From: Octopus bimaculoides
Taxonomy: Eukaryota
Length of the DNA: 64,000 nucleotides
Assembly (NCBI RefSeq): GCF_001194135.2
Contig: NC_068989.1
Location: forward strand, 19,191,644-19,255,643
Reading direction: 5' to 3'
The notes beneath the pieces were generated by a model. That model saw only the letters and a list, made by a program, of their open reading frames with translations. It had not been told where the DNA came from and ran no database searches. A program made the position numbers and the translations under genes. Shown in pieces: positions 54,731 through 64,000 of this stretch. The first letter of the stretch is position 1, and each line of letters opens with the position of its first letter.

Positions 54731-54899
54731 CAGGAGTGGCTGTGTGGTAAGTAGCTTGCTTACCAACCACATGGTTCCGGGTTCAGTCCCACTGCGTGGC
54801 ACCTTGGGCAAGTGTCTTCTACTATAGCCTCGGGCCGACCAAAGCCTTGTGAGTGGATTTGGTAGACGGAAACTGAAAGAAGCCCGTCGTATATATGTG

Positions 54900-54940
<41 letters not shown>

Positions 54941-55146
54941 CTGTTTGTGTGTCTGTGTTTGTCCCCCCATCATCGCTTGACAACCGAAGGTGGTGTGTTT
55001 ACGTCCCCGTAACTTAGTGGTTCGGCAAAAGAGACCGACAGAATAAGTACTAGGCTTCCAAAGAATAAGTCCTGGGGTCGATTTGGTCAACTAAAGGCGG
55101 TGCTCCAGCATGGCTGCAGTCAAATGACTGAAACAAGTAAAAGAGA
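54731..55146 (+). mobile_element. Family A SINE, full length, near consensus (young)
   Basis: CpGs are retained, there is a central (TA)n(TG)n, and the tail is complete. Confidence 0.93.
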
Positions 55147-55543
55147 TATGAGAAAGGACAGTAAGAATCACTGTGATGAGTTGGTTGATGATGATGATAG
55201 TTTGGGTTCTCAAGAGGAAAGTGATGACAGGGATTTGCTTGAAAGTCTGTGATAATAGGTCAACTAGATAAGGACTAACCTTGGGTCAAAGAACAATAAC
55301 AATGAGTCTTGGTAAGTATGCATCAGCATATGCTGACACCACATAAAAGGCACCTACTACACTCTGTAAAGTGGTTGGCATCAGGAAGAGCATCCAGCTA
55401 TAGAAACCATGCCAAAACAGATGACTGGAGCCTGGTGCAGCCTTCCATATGGCCAGCTCCTGTCGAACTATCCAACCCATGCCAGTATGGAAAACAAACG
55501 TTAAACAATCATGATGGTGATGATAATGATGAATTGGACTTTA

Positions 55544-55786
55544 CATTATTTACATTATCTACATTTGACGGATATTCGTCCTCATCTTGTTTGTTGTTAA
55601 CACAACGTTTCGGCTGATATACCCTCCAGCCTTCGTCAGGTGTCTTGGGGAAATTTCGAACCTGGGTTCTCATTCCTATCGATGTTACTATTATTATTAT
55701 TATTATTATTAATCAGGTCGCTGCCGTGAATCGAACTCGGAACCTTGGGGTTAGTAGCCCGCGCTCTTAACCACTACGCCATATAC
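55544..55786 (-). mobile_element. 243-bp tRNA-headed SINE with an internal hammerhead ribozyme, 9-bp TSD
   Basis: TSD TGGACTTTA at 55535-43 and 55787-95. Minus-strand order: A box TGGCGTAGTGG, B box GTTCGATTC, (AAT)n, hammerhead, GACG-AATATC-CGTC hairpin, then an (AATGTAAAT)-like tandem tail. Confidence 0.88.
55599..55644 (-). ncRNA. Minimal type I hammerhead ribozyme (dimer type)
   Basis: Minus strand: GACAC-CTGACGA-A-GGCTG-GAGGGTATAT-CAGCC-GAAA-CG-TT-GTGTT. Helix I is 5 bp, helix II is 5-6 bp, and helix III is reduced to the AACGTT palindrome. GUU triplet, cut after 55604. Confidence 0.8.
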
Positions 55787-57466
55787 TGGACTTTATTGAA
55801 TTGTTGATATGATGATGCTTCCAACTCTAGTTCTCTTCTAGTTATGATGATGATGATGTTCAGAAAGTGGCAGTTCTGTAGATTAGAAGTTAATTGTTAG
55901 TTCTTTCTTTGTTCAGATGTAATGATGATGATAGTAACCACAGCTAGTTCTAATAATGATTTCACATTTCGGCACAAGGTCAACAATTTTTCAGTCAACT
56001 ACATTGACTCCAGTATTGATGGGTACTTTATTTTATCCACCCCCCCCCCCCCAAATGGATGAAAAGCAAAGTTGACTGTAGCAAAATTTGAACACAGAAT
56101 GTATATAGTGAATCAGAAGAATTGCTACTTCAGGCTAAACAATGCCTTTTGAGTACCTTTGCTAGGTAGACACTGAAAGAAGCCTGTTAACATGACTTAG
56201 CTGGCCAAAACTTCAAGGTTACTGTCAACATTTTCGTATAAGAATAATAATTTTGTACTCTACAAAAGTATAGAGTAACCCATCAAATTTGTTTTTATCA
56301 TAACTGAATAAAAAACAAGCCCATTAATGTGTGTGTGTGTTACTGTTTCCTTGCCCTGATATCCTGTGATAGCTATAAACAGGTGTGTCTGTTATACATA
56401 GTAATGTCATTCATTTTTTCATCATCGTTTAGCATCCACTTTCCATGCAGGCATGGGTTAGACTGTTTGACACAGAGCTGGCTAGCAGAGAGCTGTCCAG
56501 ATTCCAACTGTCTGTTGTGGCATGGTTTCTATGGCTGGATGCCCTTCCTAATGCCAATCACTTAACAGATTCTACTGGGTGCTTTTTTACATGCTACCAG
56601 CATGGGTGTGTTAACACAGTATTGGCACTGGTGCTTTTTTGGGTGACACCAGCACCTGAAGGACAAGCCTGTATATGTGGAAGACAGTGATTTTACTTAG
56701 TTTGACATGTCTTATTAAGTACAGGGGAACTATTAATATACTTGGAAATATTTGAGGATTGGCAACAAGAAGGGCATCAGTCAGACTGCAAAAAATCTGC
56801 CTCACCAAATTCTGTCTGACCCATGCAAGCATGGAAAAGTGAACATTAAAACGATGAGGATAATGATATTATTCTAATGCTTCATGTCAGTTTGTTGTGC
56901 CAGTACTGTTGAATGCTGTTTAGTTTCCCATGCCAAAAGTTGAACCTTGGTCGCCTGCAGGAAGGCCAGTTGTGGGAAAGGTTAATTTTTTTTATTCATT
57001 ATATGAGTTACAGCCCCTTACCCTTCTCTCTCCCAACCTCATTGATGTCTGTCTGTTTGTCAATAGTAAAAGACTGCTATGTCATTAACAGAAGCTATGT
57101 GTGGAATGTTAATTATATGATTTTATTATACTTTCAATCCAGCTACACCTACAACTGTTAGAACCATTTGGCCCAGGATGAATTGAGCAACAGGGTGGTG
57201 GAGATGGTAATGATAGTGGTGGTAATGGGAGTGAAAGTGTGGCGGTGGTGGTGAGGTTTTTCCCTCTTTACTACTCTAATCAGTAAAAATATATAATTAC
57301 TATTTCAAATGAATTACAAATGACTTCTGATAAGTTTTGGTGATGAATTACATGCAAGCCATGGGTGAATACTGTTCATGTGTGTGGGTGTTTGTTTGCA
57401 TAGGTTCCTCTGTGTGTGTATAGTTTTATGTGTGTATATGCCCAGGCTCATGAGTGTGTTTATATT

Positions 57467-57506
<40 letters not shown>

Positions 57507-57507
<1 letters not shown>

Positions 57508-57845
57508 TAGCAGCTAAACCCGGTTTCTCCCAGTCTGTTTGGATGATGTGGCTGTGATCATTTTTGGTTAGGCATAATCCATAACAGCATTTCTCAACCT
57601 TACCATNNNNNNNNNNNNNNNNNNNNNNNNNCCCCCCCCCCCCTCCTATCAGAAAACAGCTTCAGGAGTTGTGAAGAACGAATTTGTACGTAGTCTGTTT
57701 CTGAGAGCTATTCTATTAGACCTCTGTCTAATCATTAAAACATTGATTTAATTATGAACATAGAAATTATACATTAATCCCTATTTTTGTCAGCAGTTGT
57801 ATCCGTAAAAATTTTATTTGCAGAGAGCAGAAATTGAAAGAAGAT
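57507..57845 (-). mobile_element. Helitron 3' end (non-autonomous, degenerate) in a (TA)n tract
   Basis: Minus strand CTGG-GAGAAA-CCGG-G-TTTAGCTG-CTAG|T: a hairpin, then about 8 nt, then CTAG followed by T, the canonical Helitron terminus. The 5' boundary is a guess and spans a gap. Confidence 0.5.
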
Positions 57846-58245
57846 ATATGAAATGGACGTGTGTGTGTGCGCATGCATGCTTGCACGTGTGTATGTCATC
57901 GTATAAAATTTTTATGGAAAAGATTATGTTAAATTTTTGAAATGCAAATATGTGAATGAAAATTAAGTTCAGACCTCTACATGCTTTTGAGTGGGTATGG
58001 TAGACAGAAACTGAAAGAAGCCAATCGTGTGTGTGTGTGTGTGTGTGTGTGTCTCTTGATATTGCATGATAGTTGTAAATGAGTGTCACTGGGTTCTATT
58101 ATCCTGTGAGGACATGTTTGGTCAAGGAGGAATATTACCTGTCACCAGCCTTCAAGTAATGGCAAAAGTAATGGCATGTGACTGAAGAAAATTTGTCTCA
58201 GTAAACTTTGTCTGACCTATGCAAGAATGGAAAAGGTAACATTAA

Positions 58246-58457
58246 CCCTTTAGCATTCAGATTAGTCTGCCAAATGTAATGTTTAATCACATTGCTTTGA
58301 ATTAACCATGCATTGTTTTGTGGTTAAAAGATTTCAATGATTTGATTGTTTATTTTAGAATGATGTAGGGTAAGTGTGAGAGGCTGGATCTAGCTGGTTT
58401 GAATATAAAATAAGTAGAATATTTGGGCTGAATGTGGCTGATTTCAATGTTAACGGG
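58246..58457. mobile_element. 212-bp piggyBac-type MITE (CCCTTTAGCATT family)
   Basis: TTAA|CCCTTTAGCATT ... AATGTTAACGGG|TTAA. Confidence 0.8.
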
Positions 58458-60169
58458 TTAAAGCAATGGTGACTGATGATGTCTTCTGTATATAGAATAA
58501 CAACAACAAATATATAGTTTTACTGTATGGGACTGGAAAGACCAAAATTCAAATGAGTACTTGTGAATATAGGGTACTGTGAATATATTCATTACTATAC
58601 TAAAATATTTCAACAGTTAATCTCAATACTGCTGCCATCACCACCATCAAACTGTAGTGTATCATCTGTTTGGGGAATATCACCTGCAGGAGGCTAGCAG
58701 ACTCTCCAGGGTATGAGTTGTCCCTAATCCATTTTTTTTTTTAATATATATAACTCCTTCTGTAACCCCATTCCTGTCCTCAAGCATCATTGAAACTAAA
58801 CAGTATATTGACCTCACCAGTCTTGGAGAGCTAACAAGGACTATGGTTCACTACTTTCTTCTTCAGGTTAATTTGACAAAAAATGAGGAAGCCTTGTCCT
58901 GCAAAACATTGCAGCCAAATTTTCTTCAATTACTATTCTTGACCTGCAAAATACTGCAGCTAAATCTTCAAATACTAGCTTAGGCCAAAAGTTTGTCATG
59001 TAGTAAACATCGGCTTTCCTATTCCCTGTCACTGTATAAATAAAATGTTTCATACACATACAAATATCACTAAAAACACTGTCTCTCCTATTTAACTCAG
59101 ACAAATACACACAGAAATAACTGCATCAATAAATAATCCCACAAGCTCAGGTTTTGCTAGTGTTAGATGCAGACATGGCTATGTAAGAAGCTTGCTTTCA
59201 AACCATGTGGCATCTTGGGCAAATGCCTCCATTATAGTTTTGGGTCTTGTGTGTTGATTTGGTAGATGGAAATTGAAAGAAGCCTGCTGTATATATATAT
59301 CATCATCATCTTTTAATATCCATATTGGCATGTGTTGCTCAGCCATGATTAAATATAATCAATGATTTCTTTCGTGTTTGTAAAGGTAGAGTTTGATTTG
59401 AGGAGCATTTGACTGCTCCTTCTAGCAGACTGAGTGACCATGTAGAGGCTAACTCATGCATTCTGTGTGTGATGTTTTCTTTAATGGAAGGAAAGTGTCT
59501 GTGCCCTTGACATATTGCAGGCCTTCTGAGACTGGTCGGCAGGGGGTTGTTGAAGTTGATTTACAACCTTAACATCTGCAGGTTGATGACCTATATGGGA
59601 AATATGGGACAGGGAGGGGATTTCAAAATGTCCTGAAGAGGAAGAAAGACTGAGAAAATATCTAGTGTTGATATTTGAGTTGTGCAGCACAGTAGGGATG
59701 AGGACGGAAGCTTTGTGGGGGCTTTGGTCATCATCATCATCATCATCTATTTACTGTCTACTTTCCCATGCTTGTATTGGTTATACAGTATTTGTTGAGG
59801 CTGGTTTTCTATGGCAAGATGCCCCTCCTGTCACTAAACCTCACACGCACACACATATATATCTTTTACTTGTTTCAGTCATTTGATGATGGCCATGTTG
59901 GGGTACTACCTTGAAGGATTTTAGTCGAAACTAGTCAACCCCAGGACTTTGTTTTTTAAAGCCTAGTATTTATTTTATTGAACTCTTTTACTGAACTTTT
60001 AAGTTACAGGGAGATAAACACACCAACACTGGTTGTCAAGCAGTGGTGGAAGACAAACACACACACACACACACGTGACACTTGCCCAAGGTACCATGCA
60101 GAGGGAGTAAACCCAGAACTATGCAGTTGGGAAGCAAACTTCTTACCACATGAAGACCCAGCAACTAAA

Positions 60170-60577
60170 GTGAGATAGCAGCCATGTATGCCCAGCTCAG
60201 TTAAGAGTACCCCTGATGCATCGGGTGCTATGATATGCTTGAGAAGACCTGTTGAGTCAAGTAAAACCAAAATCATAGCTGTGGCCAGTGCCCCCTGACT
60301 GGTTCCCGTGCCAGTGGCACAAAAAAAGCACTGTTCAAACATGGCTGATGCCAGTACGCTCTCACTGGCTCCCGTGCCAGTGGCATGTAAAAAGTACCAT
60401 CTGAACGTGGCTGATGCCAATACTTCCTGACTGGCCCCATGCAGGTGGCATGTAAAAAGCACTATCTGAACATGATCGATGCCAGGTTTGCCTGACTGGT
60501 TCCTGTGCTGGTGGCACGTAAAAAGTACCCACTACACTCTTGGAGTGGTTGGTGTTAGGAAGGGCATCCAGCTGTAG
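60170..60577 (+). mobile_element. Family C (RTE 3' UTR) copy with four tandem 65-66-bp modules
   Basis: Units start at 60284, 60350, 60416 and 60481, followed by CACTACACTC..GAGTGGTTGGTGTTAGGAAGGGCATCCAGCTGTAG and then a gap. Confidence 0.9.
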
Positions 60578-61190
60578 NNNNNNNNNNNNNNNNNNNNNNN
60601 NNNNNNNNNNNNNNNNNNNNNNNNNNNNNNNNNNNNNNNNNNNNNNNNNNNNNNNNNNNNNNNNNNNNNNNNNNNNNNNNNNNNNNNNNNNNNNNNNNNN
60701 NNNNNNNNNNNNNNNNNNNNNNNNNNNNNNNNNNNNNNNNNNNNNNNNNNNNNNNNNNNNNNNNNNNNNNNNNNNNNNNNNNNNNNNNNNNNNNNNNNNN
60801 NNNNNNNNNNNNNNNNNNNNNNNNNNNNNNNNNNNNNNNNNNNNNNNNNNNNNNNNNNNNNNNNNNNNNNNNNNNNNNNNNNNNNNNNNNNNNNNNNNNN
60901 NNNNNNNNNNNNNNNNNNNNNNNNNNNNNNNNNNNNNNNNNNNNNNNNNNNNNNNNNNNNNNNNNNNNNNNNNNNNNNNNNNNNNNNNNNNNNNNNNNNN
61001 NNNNNNNNNNNNNNNNNNNNNNNNNNNNNNNNNNNNNNNNNNNNNNNNNNNNNNNNNNNNNNNNNNNNNNNNNNNNNNNNNNNNNNNNNNNNNNNNNNNN
61101 NNNNNNNNNNNNNNNNNNNNNNNNNNNNNNNNNNNNNNNNNNNNNNNNNNNNNNNNNNNNNNNNNNNNNNNNNNNNNNNNNNNNNNNNNN

Positions 61191-61982
61191 TATATATACA
61201 CACATGGTTCCAGGTTCAGTCCTGCTGCGTGGCACCTTGGCCGATCAAAGCCTTGTGAGTGGATTTGGTAGAATGAAACTGAAAGAAGCCCGTCATGTAT
61301 GTATGTGTGCGTATATGTGTTTCTGTGTCTGTGTTTGTCTCCTCCACCATTGCTTGACAATCGATGTTGGTGTGTTTACGTCCCCGTGACTTAGCGATTC
61401 GGCAAAAGAGACTGATAGGATAAGTACTAGGCTCACAAAGAATAAGTCCTGGGGTCATTTTGTTTGACTAAGGATGGTGCTCCAGCATGGCTGCAGTCAA
61501 ATGACTGACACAAATAAAAAAAATGAAAGAATGTGGTTGTGTGTTGTCTGTCCTTGTTCGTCCCCTTTTTGTAATGCCTTTATAGCAAATATTTATTTAT
61601 GAAATAAAGTAGCTTACTTAACAACCACATGGTTCTGGATTCAGTCTCACTGCATGGCACCTTGGCCAAGTGTCTTCTACTATAGCCTCAGGCCAACCAA
61701 AGCCATGTGAGTGGATTTGGTAGACGGAAACTTAAAGAAGCCCGTCATATATATGTATGTTTGTGTGTCTGTGTTTGTTACTCCAACATCACTTGACAAC
61801 CGATGGTGGTGTGTTTACCTTTCCATAACATTAGCGGTTTGGCAAAAAGACCAATAGAATAAGTACTAGGCTTAGAAAGGATAAGTCCTGAGGTTGATTT
61901 GTTCAACTAAAGGCAGTGCTCCAGCATGACTGCAGTCAAATAACTGAAACTAGTAAAAGAATATATATATTAAAAGAAGCCC

Positions 61983-62054
<72 letters not shown>

Positions 62055-62695
62055 CATTTATGCGTGTGTTTGTATCTGTTTGTCCCCACCACCATCACTT
62101 AACAACCAATGTTGGTGTGTTTACATCCCTGCAACTTAGTTTGGCACAAGAGACTGATAGAATAAGCACCATGCTTACAAAGAATAAGTCCAGGGGTCGA
62201 TTTCATTGACTAAAAGACAGTGCTCCAGCATGGCCACAGCCAAATGCCTGAAAGGAGTAAAACAATAAAAGAATGTGTGTGTCTGTGCACTCACTTATAT
62301 ACATATATTTGACAATAGGTGCAGGAGTGACTGTGTGGTAGGTAGCTTGCTTACCAACCACATGGTTCTGGGTTCAGTCCCACTGCATGGCACCTTGGGC
62401 AAGTGTCTTCTACTATAGCCTCAGTCCGACCAAAGCCTTGTGAGTGGATTTGGTAGACGGAAACTGAAAGAAGCCCGTCGTGTGTTTGTGTGTCTGTGTT
62501 TGTCCCCCCCCCCCACCATTGCTTGACAATCAATCCTGGTATGTTTACGTCCCCGTAACTTAGCAGTTTGGCAAAAGAGACCGATAGAAGAAGTACTAGG
62601 CTTACAAAGAATAAGTCATGGGGTCGATTTGCTCGACTAAAGGTGGTGCTCCAGCATGGCCGCAGTCAAATGACTGAAAGAAGTAAAAGAGAAAT
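61191..62695 (+). mobile_element. Head-to-tail cluster of four family A SINEs
   Basis: Copies at about 61200-61530, 61605-61965, 61975-62275 (3' half) and 62320-62695. Confidence 0.9.
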
Positions 62696-63139
62696 ATATA
62701 TGTGTGTGTGTCTTGCATGCTAGTTCTAGCTTCTATATTCTCATTACTCTAAATTTCCTCAACATCTTTTTATTGAATGCTCTTTTGTGAAATATAACAT
62801 GGATGCAAACTCCATAGGAATTTGTGTTACACTCCAGGAATATACACAGAGGCATAACAGAGAAATGTTTTGATAGGAAGTATGCAAAGAGAAATGTGTG
62901 TGTGTGTGTGTGTTCTTTTGTCTTTGTGTCAGTGTAGAAGTATTAGGTGGGGCAGGAGTCCCATTTAGGAATATTAAGGACTTCAAGGTACATTAGGCAC
63001 AAGTATCAAAAGACAAGCAAATTCCAATAGTTTTACAATCTCTTTTCTCCTTAAGGTTCATTGTCAGTTGATGACCTTCTGACCTTTACACCTCTGTGGT
63101 AGGCCAGAGTTCAATATTAAATAGCATTTTTTTTTTCCC

Positions 63140-63360
63140 TATTGGTGCTACTGTTGTACCCACCACCACTGCTTTCACTACTGCTGGGCTACTGTGGCTG
63201 CTATTGCTGCTTCTTCTTCTTCTTCTTCTTCTTCTTCTACCACCACCACCACCACCACTACTACTACTACTACCACTACTACTACCACCACCACCACCAC
63301 CAATACCACACCACCACCACCACCACCACTACTACTACTACCACCACCACCACCACCACT
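63140..63360. repeat. Compound trinucleotide microsatellite (GCT)(CTT)n(ACC)n(ACT)n
   Basis: Directly visible. Confidence 0.95.
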
Positions 63361-63609
63361 GTGTTGCTGACAACTGGTTAGCCACATTCCATTATGTTGG
63401 GAATGGTGAAAGAACTTTGAAGTAGGATCTGATTTGTTGTTGTTGTTCTTCTTCAGCCCCTGGTCATGCTTCATTGAGATCTATAAGCAATGATATTCAT
63501 TCCAATTATGACCATCCTGTCCTTGTAAAGGAATGGTATGTAGAAAAACAATGAAAGAAGGTATCAACACCATCACCATTATTATCACTTAGCTCCCCAT
63601 CTTTCAGAC

Positions 63610-64000
63610 ATATTATCTCATCATCTTCTTTCAGTTTCTGTCAACCAAATCCTCTCATAAAGCTTTGGTTGGTTCCTGCCATTCAAGAAGACACTTGCCA
63701 AAGCTGCCATGCAGTGAGACTGAACCCAAAACCATGTGGTTGGGATGCAAACTTCTAAACCACACATCCATACTCATGCCTTTTATCTTTTACTGGCTTC
63801 TGTCATTAGACTGTGGCCATGCTGGGGCACCACCTTGAAGAATTTTAGTTGTACAAATCAACGCCAGTGCTTATTTTCTTTTTAAGCCTGGTACTTATTC
63901 TATCAGTCATTTTTGATGAATCGCTAAGTTACAGGAGTGTAAACACACCAACACTGGTTGTCAAATAGTGGTAGGGGACAAACACAGACTCACATACACA
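63610..64000 (-). mobile_element. Two partial family A SINE copies
   Basis: Minus 5' half at 63610-63770 and minus 3' half at 63780-64000. Confidence 0.75.

Noticed and set aside
55712-55786. Functional tRNA-Ser(ACT) gene on the minus strand
   Set aside because: A and B boxes and a CT-ACT-AA loop are present, but the acceptor stem does not pair and the anticodon stem has only 3 bp. It also lies inside a TSD-flanked element, so it is a SINE head.
60284-60529. CRISPR-like array
   Set aside because: The whole units are homologous with no unique spacers, the context is a eukaryotic LINE UTR, and no cas genes are present.
60284-60577. HDV-like, twister or pistol ribozyme in the family C module
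   Set aside because: Partial resemblances (P1/P3-like stems, GGCACG-TAAAA), but the HDV J4/2 C-N-A-A, the twister UAA/GAGG loops and the pistol P2/P3 order could not be fitted.

Overview
This is AT-rich, microsatellite-dense eukaryotic DNA with eight N-gaps. The tRNA-derived SINE families, the (TA)n/(CA)n/(GAT)n load and the RTE LINEs look like an octopus (coleoid cephalopod) draft genome; this is inferred from repeat style, not from a database search. I found no recognisable host protein-coding exon, rRNA, functional tRNA or CRISPR array, so the window reads as intronic or intergenic. Most ORFs in the track are microsatellite, gap or repeat artefacts. The real coding remnants are all transposon-derived: RTE reverse transcriptases with an inserted PHD finger, a young GC-rich Tx1/L1-type ORF2 fragment, a CR1/L2-like RT tail and a full-length Tc1/mariner fossil. 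Non-coding mobile elements include several piggyBac-type MITEs, a Helitron end and dozens of SINE copies. The most interesting signals are RNA-structural. (1) A 243-bp TSD-flanked tRNA-headed SINE carries an internal minimal, dimer-type hammerhead ribozyme (55544-55786, minus). (2) A second, unrelated hammerhead with a palindromic helix III lies 3 kb away on the same strand (52608-52680). (3) A ~66-bp hairpin plus H-type pseudoknot module is tandemly amplified in the RTE 3' UTR. (4) A SINE head is fused to a Tx1 LINE just after its YADD motif. All structures were folded by hand, none are computed, and most repeat boundaries are approximate.
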